A stretch of 64,000 bases of DNA, taken from positions 12,639 to 76,638 of the forward strand of contig JBBQJT010000009.1 in NCBI GenBank assembly GCA_038326165.1, written 5' to 3'. This DNA comes from Chitinophagales bacterium. GTDB lineage: Bacteria > Bacteroidota > Bacteroidia > Chitinophagales > Saprospiraceae. Positions 9,117-18,320 of the stretch are shown here, in pieces; the stretch's first letter is position 1, and each line of letters starts with the position of its first letter. Position numbers and translations under genes: made by a program. Below the pieces are notes generated by a model, which did no database searches, had not been told where the DNA came from, and was given only the letters and a program-made list of their open reading frames with translations.

Positions 9117-10208
9117 ATGAAAATACGTCAATTGTACAACGAAAAACTATTTAATTTTTTGCGAACGATTATTGTTTGCTCATTTCTTGTGTGTTGCATG
9201 AGTGCTTGCTCCTCATACCAAACCAAGTTATTATTTCAAGATGATCTGAGCACAACAGATTATTCAAATATGGACAATTGGGCCTCACATCCCATGAAAA
9301 AGGATTCTGCTGACATAGTCTCCAAAGGGATTGATACCATAAGTCTTAAGCCACAAGGTAAGGTGAATATTTTTTATTTGCACCCAACAACTTTGACGAG
9401 CAAGAATAAAAAATCTACATGGAACGCGAGTTTGGGGGACGTTAAGATAAACGCCAAAACAGAAAAAACAGCAATTAAATATCAAGCCAGCATATTTAAT
9501 ACAGTAGGAAATATTTATGCACCAAGATATAGACAAGCACATATAAGATGTTACTTCCAAAAGGAAGATCATGGCCAAAAACAGGCATTTGATTTGGCAT
9601 ATCGAGATGTCAAAGACGCTTTCCTCTATTTTATAGAAAATTATTCAAAGGACACACCATTTATGATCGTGTCACACTCTCAAGGAACAACCCATGCAGC
9701 CAGATTGGTCAATGAACTTGTCAGTGGAAAACCAATTCAAAAACAATTGGTGGTAGCTTATTTGGTTGGATTACCAGTTCCCAAAAACGCATTTCGCTAT
9801 GTAAAGCCATGTGAGAGTCCGGACGAAACAAACTGCTTTTGTTCTTGGAGAACTTACAAAAAGGGACACTTTCCTAAGAAATTTAAAGAAACAGGAAATG
9901 TTGCAGTTACTAATCCAGTTTCATGGACCACAGGATGGGCAGAAGTAAGTCGGCAGAAACACAAAGGAGCCATATTTCTAGATTTTAACAAATTGAAGCC
10001 CAAAACGCAAACAACAAAGATTGAGTCAGACTTTTTGTGGACCAATAAACCTAAATTTCGAGGTTCGTTTTTATATTTTTCAAATAACTTTCACGCAGGA
10101 GATTATAATCTTTTTTATAAGGACATACGAGACAATGCAGTTTTGCGTTTGAACAATTATTTAGAAATACAGCAAACAACTGGCAACAGTCAATATGGAA
10201 AAAAGTAG
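9117..10208 (+). CDS. DUF3089-like alpha/beta-hydrolase-fold lipoprotein
   Basis: Lipobox VCCMSAC. YAPRYRQA motif and nucleophile-elbow-like SHSQG, as I remember them for DUF3089 proteins. Confidence 0.65.
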   Translation: MKIRQLYNEKLFNFLRTIIVCSFLVCCMSACSSYQTKLLFQDDLSTTDYSNMDNWASHPMKKDSADIVSKGIDTISLKPQGKVNIFYLHPTTLTSKNKKSTWNASLGDVKINAKTEKTAIKYQASIFNTVGNIYAPRYRQAHIRCYFQKEDHGQKQAFDLAYRDVKDAFLYFIENYSKDTPFMIVSHSQGTTHAARLVNELVSGKPIQKQLVVAYLVGLPVPKNAFRYVKPCESPDETNCFCSWRTYKKGHFPKKFKETGNVAVTNPVSWTTGWAEVSRQKHKGAIFLDFNKLKPKTQTTKIESDFLWTNKPKFRGSFLYFSNNFHAGDYNLFYKDIRDNAVLRLNNYLEIQQTTGNSQYGKK

Positions 10209-11343
10209 GTGGAAATGGTATCTTGCGTTTACTGGGCTGATTATCATTTCTGCCTCAATGGTCTATACTGAATATTTGGCCCAACAACTAGCTTCCGGCG
10301 AAAAGAGTAAAGTTGAACTTTACCGGCGTGTGCAGGAATCACTAAATGATCCAAACAACCTGAATAAAGATGTAAGCATGGAAACCGAGTTATTGAATTC
10401 GGATCTTCTGAAGGGAATACCCATCATATTCGTGGACGAGACAGGAAGAATATCTGATGGAGCCAATTGGGGGGAGGTCAAGGATACGAACATGGTGTTT
10501 CTAGAAAGTCAATTGAAAAGAATCAAGGCATCAGGAAGAGAACCAATTGAAGGAACTGGTTATGCAAAGTACATTTATTATGAGCATACGCAATTGTTAA
10601 GGCTATTGACCTATTTTCCTATTGTTCAAGTCTTTTTGATTATCTTTTTTGTACTTATCGGTTATTCGGCTTTCAGTTCGGCCAGAAAGAATGAGCAAAA
10701 CAAAATTTGGGTGGGAATGGCCAAAGAAACAGCCCATCAACTTGGCACGCCAATTTCTGCAATTATGGCTTGGATCGAACACCTCAAACTTCATTCAAAC
10801 AAGGACACCGCAGAGATTATACACGAACTTGAAAATGATGTTTTCAGATTGGAACTCATTGCGGAGAGATTCTCAAAAATTGGTTCTACACCTATCCTAA
10901 CCGAGGAGAATTTGACAGGTATTTTAGATCGCAATAAAGTTTACATGGCTAGGAGAGCCTCTAAAAGGGTGGTATTCGATTTTCCAGATGCTTCGGGAAA
11001 AGCATTTTATTCAAAAGTAAATGGACATCTTTTGGACTGGGTTTTTGAGAATTTGATCCGGAATGCTCTGGATTCCATGGAGGGCAGGGGAACTATTTCT
11101 GCAAGAATAGAGGAAACCACCAAAAAGCTCATCGTCCATTTAACAGATACCGGCAAGGGAATCCCAAGCAAGAATTGGGACACGGTATTTCAGCCTGGTT
11201 TCACAACTAAGAAAAGAGGGTGGGGTCTTGGACTTTCACTCAGTCGAAGAATCATTGAGGCCTATCACAAAGGCAAGATTTATGTAAGTCATTCTCAAGC
11301 GGATAAGGGCACCACGTTTACTATTGAACTTCCAAAAGCTTGA
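10195..11343 (+). CDS. Membrane sensor histidine kinase
   Basis: Two TM segments. H-box AHQLGTPISAIMAWIEHL. N-box ENLIRNALDS. G-boxes DTGKGIP and GWGLGLSLS. Overlaps the upstream gene by 14 nt. No response regulator is adjacent. Confidence 0.85.
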   Translation: MEKSRWKWYLAFTGLIIISASMVYTEYLAQQLASGEKSKVELYRRVQESLNDPNNLNKDVSMETELLNSDLLKGIPIIFVDETGRISDGANWGEVKDTNMVFLESQLKRIKASGREPIEGTGYAKYIYYEHTQLLRLLTYFPIVQVFLIIFFVLIGYSAFSSARKNEQNKIWVGMAKETAHQLGTPISAIMAWIEHLKLHSNKDTAEIIHELENDVFRLELIAERFSKIGSTPILTEENLTGILDRNKVYMARRASKRVVFDFPDASGKAFYSKVNGHLLDWVFENLIRNALDSMEGRGTISARIEETTKKLIVHLTDTGKGIPSKNWDTVFQPGFTTKKRGWGLGLSLSRRIIEAYHKGKIYVSHSQADKGTTFTIELPKA

Positions 11344-11353
11344 TGCTAAACGC

Positions 11354-12085
11354 TTACACCGCACTGATTCTTCGGACCACTTTGTAGATGCGGGTATATT
11401 CACCAACTTCTTCTTCGAAAGGATCGTGTTCAAGATGATTGGCTGATATCAGCTTTAATCTAGCAATTTTATTCTTTTCGTCCCTGATGGGCTGCACGTA
11501 TTTTATCCATACAGAACCAGTTGATTTCACGGCATAAATTTCACGTTCATGAATATCGGTTAAGCGTTCCACCTCCTTACAAACTACAATGTCACCATCT
11601 TTGATAACTGGATCCATACTGTTGCCCTTGATGGGAAATGCTACTAATCCTGGCCCGTTAAGTCCTGGTATTTCAAACGAATCTGTTTCTTCAAATTCAA
11701 AGCTATCATGCGCTACGGACGCACCGGCGAAGGCTTGTAGCGAGGTAAACAAAATGTTGTTTCTTTTATTGGGCGAACTTGCTATTTGTGGTACAGGAAG
11801 ATCGATTCCAAACGGGGATCCAATGCCTTCCATCATGTATTTTTTGTTGACACCAAACTCATCACAGAGGATTGCTGCATGATGATAATCAATCATTCTT
11901 TTGTCTTCTGGATTCAAAAATGATCGGACAATATGGCCATACGATCTTCTGCCCAATAGCTTATGTGCAAAATCACCGATTCCTTTGCCATCACGATCGT
12001 TGGTCTTGATTACATTTCGGTCTTCTAAAAGTCTAAAAACCTTGATAAACCTTTCGTTTAGGTCGATTCTGTCTTGAGTAATCAT
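11354..12085 (-). CDS. LexA/phage-repressor-like transcriptional regulator with a C-terminal S24 peptidase domain
   Basis: C-terminal GNSMDPVIKDGDIVVC (Ser nucleophile) and downstream YKVVRRI (Lys) match the S24 self-cleaving fold. The N-terminal ~90 aa are HTH-like. Confidence 0.8.
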   Translation of the reverse strand: MITQDRIDLNERFIKVFRLLEDRNVIKTNDRDGKGIGDFAHKLLGRRSYGHIVRSFLNPEDKRMIDYHHAAILCDEFGVNKKYMMEGIGSPFGIDLPVPQIASSPNKRNNILFTSLQAFAGASVAHDSFEFEETDSFEIPGLNGPGLVAFPIKGNSMDPVIKDGDIVVCKEVERLTDIHEREIYAVKSTGSVWIKYVQPIRDEKNKIARLKLISANHLEHDPFEEEVGEYTRIYKVVRRISAV

Positions 12086-12108
12086 TTAGATCTATAATAA
12101 GTTATAAA

Positions 12109-12144
12109 TTGTTTGTCGGTGCAAATATAAACAACATATTGTTT
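12109..12144. promoter_or_regulatory. Candidate operator: TTGTTT-N14-AAACAA-N4-TTGTTT half-site array upstream of the S24 repressor gene
   Basis: TTGTTT at 12109-12114, AAACAA at 12129-12134 and TTGTTT at 12139-12144. This forms the near-palindrome AAACAAcatatTGTTT. It lies 24-60 nt upstream of the repressor ATG (12085, minus strand). Confidence 0.3.
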
Positions 12145-12273
12145 TAATGAAATTTTTAAACTCATTTTCTTTTGAAGTAACTCATTTCAAGCACCTTTAG
12201 CAGGAATATTCGCAATTACTGATTGATAGAGTTCGGATTGTCTCTTACCTTGCAGCAGATTTAAAGCTCGTTT

Positions 12274-15174
12274 ATGATAAAGGAATTCAAAGGGGACTGG
12301 CATAGCAGCACAATGGTGCGAGGTATCTATTCTCAAGATGCTTCAATATATCAGGAGACCCCTTTGGCCGTAGTTTTTCCAAAGGACAAGAAAGACCTAA
12401 TCGCTTTGCTTAAGTATGCCTTGAACAATAAGATATCTTTAATACCTCGCACAGCAGGCACCTCGCTCGCAGGTCAGTGTGTAGGATCGGGAATAGTTGT
12501 GGATCTTTCAAAATATTTTACAGAGACCTTGACTGTAAATCCATCAGATAAAACAGTATGGGTTCAGCCAGGTGTGATACGCGATGAGCTAAACAGGTCA
12601 ATGGCGAAGCATGGGCTTTTCTTTGGTCCCAACACATCTACTTCAAATCGGGCAATGATAGGAGGAATGCTTGGCAACAACAGTTGTGGTTCCACCTCTG
12701 TACGATATGGCACAACGAGAGACTATGTCCTGGAAATTGAAGGGATTCTTTCTGACGGTTCTGTCATACATTGCAAGGAACTTAGCAGGGATGAATTTCA
12801 TGAAAAATGTCAGCTCAATTCTTTGGAAGGTCAGCTATACAGATACCTCAATGAGATTCTTTCGAATATTGACATGAAAAAGGAAATCAACGAACAGTAT
12901 CCCAAGCCTGAAATTAACAGAAGAAACACTGGCTATGCACTGGATCTATTGGCCCGAATGCAGCCATTTGAGCAAGAAGGAAAACCTTTTAATCTTTGTT
13001 CACTTATTTGTGGATCTGAAGGCACCTTGGTCCTCGCCACAGCCATCAAACTGCAATTGCAAGAATTGCCACCTGCAAGTTGTAAATTGATTTGTGCGCA
13101 TTTCCAAAGCATTGATGAGGCCATGACAGCAACAGTGGCAGTTATGCAAAACAAGCCTTATGCTTGCGAACTCATGGACGATCAAGTATTGTCGGGAATA
13201 GAGGGATTGCCTAAATATGAACACATGGCTGAATTCATTATGGGAAAGCCAAAAGCATTGTTGATGATCGAAGTCAGGGGAATGGATGAAAAGCAAAGTC
13301 TTGAAGAAGAAGTGAAAATGCTTCAGACGCTAGCAGAAACTAAGAGTTATTACAACGTAAGCTTGACAGGAACAAAGATGAAAGACGCATGGGAATTGCG
13401 CGCCGCCGGATTGGGATTATTGGCAAATACGGATACCGAGGAAGAGGCTATTAATTGCATTGAAGACACAGCCGTTGCCTTGGCGGATTTACCGGCTTAT
13501 ATCAGAGAATTTGAACAAATGATGTATGCTTTCGGGCAGACACCTGTTTATTATGCGCATGCAGGTGATGGGGAACTGCACTTGAAGCCAAGAATTAATT
13601 TGCATACCGAAGAAGGAATACAAAAGTTCAAAGCCATCTGTGAAGCATCAGCAAAATTGGTAAAAAAGTACAAAGGATCGTTGAGTGGGGAACATGGCGA
13701 TGGCAGAGTAAGAGGAAGCTTTATCCCAATGATGTTAGGCCCAATTGTCTATGATGCTTTGATCAGATTGAAAAGCACGATTGACCCTTTAAATATCTTA
13801 AATCCAGGTAAAATTGTCAATGTGCCAGACATTGATAACAACATTCGCCACAAGAAAGCCCAAGGGGTTGAGAATTTTTGGCAAAAATTTGATTACACAT
13901 CTATTCATGCCTTGGTTGCTTCTGCCGAGAAATGCTCAGGATCAGGCGACTGCCGCAAACTACCTGATGCGGGAGGAACGATGTGCCCAAGTTATCATGC
14001 AACACTTGATGAAAAGCACAATACTAGAGGACGAGCCAGAGCATTGCAACAGTTATTGGCCAATCCTGCCGAGGTCAATTTTATGGCTATGGATGAAATC
14101 AATGATGCAATGTCCCTATGTATTTCATGCAAAGGATGTACATCCGAATGTCCAAGTCAAGTGGACATGTCAGCCATGAAAGCCGCCTGGCAATATCAGT
14201 ATCGCAAGCAAAAAGGCGAGAATGTGAGTGACTGGTTGGTAGGTCATTTTGATAAAATAAGCTCATTCGGAAGCTTGATGCCAACCGTTTATAATTATTT
14301 CATGAGCAATTCCATAATTTCAAGTTTCATGAAAAAAATGGCTGGAATCGACCAAAGGAGATCGCTTCCTCTGCTGGAAACACAAAGTCTGAGAAAGTGG
14401 TTTAAAGGGCATTCCCAAAAAACGGATCAGAACCAATATGATGAAAAAGTAATCCTCTTTTGTGATGAATTCACAGATAGTTTCGATGTAAAAATTGGGA
14501 TAAAGACGGTTGAGGTTTTGAACTTTTTTGGTATTGGCGTTCTGCTTCCAAAGCACAAATCAAGCGGACGCGCCCTTATTTCAAAGGGATATATGGATGA
14601 GGTCATGACCTTGGCAAAAATTAATACGGAGCTATTTTCCACTGATGCGTTCAATAAATATGACGTAGTTGGCATCGAACCATCAGCGATTTTGACTTTG
14701 AAGGATGAATATCCAAGACTATTGAGGACCGCAAGTTCTGAAGCATTGGCTATGCGCAGCTGCCTCATTGATGAGTTTCTTTTCAATCAAATCCAAAAGG
14801 GCAAAATCAAATTTGACATCAAGCGTAAAATTGCTGAGAAGTTGGTTTTTCATGGACATTGTCATCAAAAAGCCTTGGCTGACGTCAATGCCAGTCTCTT
14901 CTTGCTTTCAGAGTTGGGAGAAAAGGAAGTCCAACTTATTCCTTCAGGATGTTGCGGTATGGCAGGAAGTTTTGGATACATGAAAAACACATTTGATATC
15001 AGCAATCAAATAGCAGAATTGGTATTATTTCCTGAGTTGCGTAGAAATCCTGAGGCTATTATAGTTGCCAACGGTACGAGTTGTCGTCATCAAATAGCAG
15101 ACGGACTCAATAAAAAAAGTCTCCATCTGATTGAGGTGATTCACTATTGTATTGGCATGTCTGAGCTTGACTAG
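12274..15174 (+). CDS. Fused FAD-binding oxidase / Fe-S / CCG-domain oxidoreductase (YdiJ/GlcD-GlcF-like)
   Basis: 966 aa. N-terminal FAD-binding PCMH-type region (IPRTAGTSLAGQ). Central ferredoxin-like Cys clusters (CSGSGDCRK...MCPSY; CISCKGCTSECPS). C-terminal cysteine-rich CCG-like segment (PSGCCGMAGSFGY). Confidence 0.85.
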   Translation: MIKEFKGDWHSSTMVRGIYSQDASIYQETPLAVVFPKDKKDLIALLKYALNNKISLIPRTAGTSLAGQCVGSGIVVDLSKYFTETLTVNPSDKTVWVQPGVIRDELNRSMAKHGLFFGPNTSTSNRAMIGGMLGNNSCGSTSVRYGTTRDYVLEIEGILSDGSVIHCKELSRDEFHEKCQLNSLEGQLYRYLNEILSNIDMKKEINEQYPKPEINRRNTGYALDLLARMQPFEQEGKPFNLCSLICGSEGTLVLATAIKLQLQELPPASCKLICAHFQSIDEAMTATVAVMQNKPYACELMDDQVLSGIEGLPKYEHMAEFIMGKPKALLMIEVRGMDEKQSLEEEVKMLQTLAETKSYYNVSLTGTKMKDAWELRAAGLGLLANTDTEEEAINCIEDTAVALADLPAYIREFEQMMYAFGQTPVYYAHAGDGELHLKPRINLHTEEGIQKFKAICEASAKLVKKYKGSLSGEHGDGRVRGSFIPMMLGPIVYDALIRLKSTIDPLNILNPGKIVNVPDIDNNIRHKKAQGVENFWQKFDYTSIHALVASAEKCSGSGDCRKLPDAGGTMCPSYHATLDEKHNTRGRARALQQLLANPAEVNFMAMDEINDAMSLCISCKGCTSECPSQVDMSAMKAAWQYQYRKQKGENVSDWLVGHFDKISSFGSLMPTVYNYFMSNSIISSFMKKMAGIDQRRSLPLLETQSLRKWFKGHSQKTDQNQYDEKVILFCDEFTDSFDVKIGIKTVEVLNFFGIGVLLPKHKSSGRALISKGYMDEVMTLAKINTELFSTDAFNKYDVVGIEPSAILTLKDEYPRLLRTASSEALAMRSCLIDEFLFNQIQKGKIKFDIKRKIAEKLVFHGHCHQKALADVNASLFLLSELGEKEVQLIPSGCCGMAGSFGYMKNTFDISNQIAELVLFPELRRNPEAIIVANGTSCRHQIADGLNKKSLHLIEVIHYCIGMSELD

Positions 15175-16700
15175 AAACCTGGATCATCGTCATCATCATT
15201 CATTCGTGAGCCCATTAATATAGAGTTGCCACCAACTCCTTCATAACCTGTAGGTGGACGGTTGTAGCTGTCAAAGTCACCTCCTGTCCAATCTGTAAAC
15301 TTGGCAAAAGTATCGATAAAACGCAATTTAACAGTACCTAAAGCTCCATTTCTATGCTTGGCTAGGATGATTTCGGCCATACCACGTGTGTCGTTGCCTT
15401 CTTCGTCTTCAGTTATTTTGTAGTATTCAGGCCTGTAAATAAAAGATACAATGTCTGCGTCTTGTTCAATGGCTCCGGATTCACGCAAATCTGAAAGCTG
15501 GGGACGCTTGGAATTGGCGCGTGTTTCGACAGAACGATTCAGCTGTGAAAGTGCTATTATTGGCACACTCAACTCTTTGGCAAGACCTTTGAGCGCTCTT
15601 GAAATACTACTAATTTCTTGTTCACGATTGCCACTGTCTCCACCGCCAGTTACCAATTGAAGGTAATCAATGATGATCAGTTGAATATCATGTTGACTTT
15701 TCAATCGACGACATTTGGCGCGCAATTCAAAAATATTTATACCTGGAGTATCATCAATAAATATTGGAACATCCGCAAGTTTTTCAATTGTCACCTGAAG
15801 CTGTTTCCATTCACTGTCATCGAGCCGGCCATTGCGGAGTTTACTTCCTTCCAATTCGGATTCAGAACTGATAAGCCTTTGCACCAGCTGCATGTTGGAC
15901 ATTTCAAGAGAAAAAACAGCAACGGCATTGTTGTAATCCATTGCAGCATTTCTGGCCAAACTCATGGTGAAAGCAGTCTTACCCATACCAGGACGAGCAG
16001 CCAAAATGATCAAATCTGAGCGTTGCCACCCTGAAGTCAATCGATCCAATTCAATAAATCCAGTAGGAATACCAGTAGTTCCCGAAGGAGTATCCGCCAA
16101 GGATTCCAATAACTTAATGGCTTGCGTAGCTAAAGTGCCAACACGTTCAAATCCTTTGGAAAGGTTGTTTTGAGTGATTTCAAATAGATTTTTTTCGGCA
16201 GTATCCAATAGATCGAATACATCTGTTGTTTCATCATAAGCGCTTTTGATTACATTGCTTGATGTTTTGATCAGTTCGCGTAATATGGCTTTTTCGGAGA
16301 TGATACGCGCATGGTATTCAATATTGGCAGATGAAGCTATTTTGTTGGTCAGTTCAACCAAATAATAAGGCCCACCAATTTTTTCGAGATCACCGCTTTT
16401 TCTTAGCTCTTCAGTGACAGTCAGTAAATCAATAGGTTGTGCTTTCTCAAACAAGCGAATCATGGCGCGGAAGATGATTTGATGGGCATCTTTGTAAAAA
16501 GTGGACTCCTTGAGGGTATCCATTACAATAGAAAGGGCTTCCTTTTCTATCAATATTGCACCCAGCACAGCTTCCTCAAGAGGAATAGCCTGAGGCGGAA
16601 TTTTTCCAAAAACCAATTCGGACATTTGCTCGCTGGGCCGCGCTTGTTTTTTGTTAAAACTTCTGTTTTTACTAAGAATTGGTAAATCTTGGTCGCTCAT
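15171..16700 (-). CDS. dnaB: Replicative DNA helicase DnaB
   Basis: Walker A ARPGMGKTAF. DnaB N-terminal domain (PPQAIPLEEAVLGAIL). RecA-like core with LIIIDYLQL. The 4-nt overlap CTAG forms the converging stop codons with the upstream gene. Confidence 0.95.
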   Translation of the reverse strand: MSDQDLPILSKNRSFNKKQARPSEQMSELVFGKIPPQAIPLEEAVLGAILIEKEALSIVMDTLKESTFYKDAHQIIFRAMIRLFEKAQPIDLLTVTEELRKSGDLEKIGGPYYLVELTNKIASSANIEYHARIISEKAILRELIKTSSNVIKSAYDETTDVFDLLDTAEKNLFEITQNNLSKGFERVGTLATQAIKLLESLADTPSGTTGIPTGFIELDRLTSGWQRSDLIILAARPGMGKTAFTMSLARNAAMDYNNAVAVFSLEMSNMQLVQRLISSESELEGSKLRNGRLDDSEWKQLQVTIEKLADVPIFIDDTPGINIFELRAKCRRLKSQHDIQLIIIDYLQLVTGGGDSGNREQEISSISRALKGLAKELSVPIIALSQLNRSVETRANSKRPQLSDLRESGAIEQDADIVSFIYRPEYYKITEDEEGNDTRGMAEIILAKHRNGALGTVKLRFIDTFAKFTDWTGGDFDSYNRPPTGYEGVGGNSILMGSRMNDDDDDPGF

Positions 16701-16786
16701 GATAAATATAGGCGGGCGTTAATAATGCCGGTTTTCACAAAAATAGCACATATAAACGGATCAATTGGAAAGCGACATTCAAATAG

Positions 16787-16834
16787 TGTTGATAAACATG
16801 TTAGTAATGTTGAAAAAACACTAGTTTATCAACA
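16787..16834. repeat. Three copies of TGTTGA(T/A)AAAC (two direct, one inverted) in the dnaB upstream region
   Basis: tgttgataaac at 16787-16797. tgttgaaaaaac at 16809-16820. gtttatcaaca at 16824-16834, a perfect inverted copy of the first. As TTATCAACA the motif is one mismatch from the DnaA box TTATCCACA. TGATCCACA at 16868-16876 is a further near-box. Confidence 0.6.
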
Positions 16835-17012
16835 AACCGAAAGTAATTTTCAAAAAACAGAATAGACTGATCCACACAAAGGCTTGCCTTTTCATTGTAT
16901 ATCAAGCAAAAAGCAAGGTTTAAATGTAGGGATGGTTTATAAAAAAAAAGATATATAAATAGAGTTGCGGTGTTGGGGTTTTTATGGCAGTCACAAACAC
17001 GGAGCTTCCAGG

Positions 17013-18320
17013 TCACTTTTCTATTTCATGAAATATTTGCTTGATAGAAACCGCACATGAAAAATATCTATTGAGAATGCAGTGGACCAAAATTGAACTG
17101 TTTTGACCAGCTAAATTATTTATTGAATTTAGAAGTTTAATTGTCGGCTCAAATATTTTTGTAAGTATCGATCTGTTTTTGGTGAATATTTTAATATTGG
17201 CAACCATTTTGGGTTTGTATTCCATTTTTTGACCAGTACTGCTTATAAGGCTTGTATCAATCACTATTGTTATAATATAATCTGCTGATCCAGCTTTTGA
17301 GTCCTTTTGAACTTTGAGAGGTAAAAGTGAAACTTGCGACACCTTTCCTGATATAAAACCGTAATCCAACAATGGATAGATTTGTGGCATCAGTTGAACT
17401 TCTACTCCATTATACACTCCAACCAAATCGGTAGATGGAATTTTTGCATAAGCCATTATTTTAGTTCTATGGATGTCTGGCACAATGGTACCCAACAACG
17501 AACCTGCGGTTAAATACTGTTTTGAACTGAACTTTTGTGCCCACACAAAATTACCAGAGGCTGGCGATATATAAAGGTTGATATTTTTCCATTCAGCTAG
17601 TTGATTTCTGCAATTTTAAGACAAATTCAAGACTTCAATTCGCATTTCAGCTAAAGTCTTTTTATACGTATCGATGGTTTTTGCCAGGAGTGCTTTTAGT
17701 TTTTCTATTCCGATTTCGTTTATTATTTTAGAACTTTTCATGATCTCAAGCTGTCTTGACTGGCTGAGATAGTTCGTTTCTTGTTTTTCAAAATCAGAGT
17801 CAGATAGAACGCCTTGTCTTAATAGAATTATATTACGGTCTCTTTCTTTTTTATTTAGATTTAGTTCTTTGGTATAAATTTGTATTTGCCTTTGTAGTGA
17901 ATTGTTGAGGTCTATTGCTTTGTTTATTTCATTTGTAGTTTGGTTTATTTCTGATGAAAAAAACGCAGAAGATAAAGCAGTCTTGTATAATCTTATGGCT
18001 TTTATAAATTGGTTCCATGAATCGCTAAATGTAATATGAGTGGTAGCACTGTCAATTGAAAATAGTAACCATTCTTCATCTTTGTTTAAGCTTTCAACCA
18101 TATCCAATACGTGTTGAATTTTTAAACTTTGTAGGTAGTTGATTGTGTTTTCGGTTACTGCCAAAAAGCTGCCTCTCTTGGCACCATCGTTGTCATTGGC
18201 AAACATACTATCTATCACCATTGATGACTTTGTGAATATTTCTATTGGTAGGTTTTGTTTAACAATTATTCCTGCACAATGAGCAGTTTCTGGGTATTTA
18301 TTAACTGAAGCTACTATAAA
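17013..18320 (-). pseudogene. HlyD-family secretion/efflux adaptor: in-frame TAA at 17616-17618, 5' part cut off by an IS insertion
   Basis: ORFs 17616-18221 and 17013-17546 share one frame. Read-through gives ...MRIEVLNLS-TAA-NCRNQLAEWKNINLYISPASGNFVWAQKF..., the typical coiled-coil to beta-barrel junction. The frame stays open upstream to the IS boundary: FIVASVNKYPETAHCAGIIVKQNLPIEIFTKSS-MVIDS.... Confidence 0.75.

Noticed and set aside
16701-17012. Calling this region the chromosomal replication origin (oriC)
   Set aside because: It has only a few one-mismatch DnaA-like boxes and a short A/T tract. There is no dnaA gene or skew information in the window. I kept it as a motif-cluster finding only.
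16801-17016. 71-aa minus-strand ORF between dnaB and the HlyD remnant
   Set aside because: Low-complexity, motif-free translation of an intergenic A/T-rich region. It overlaps the repeat/motif cluster.
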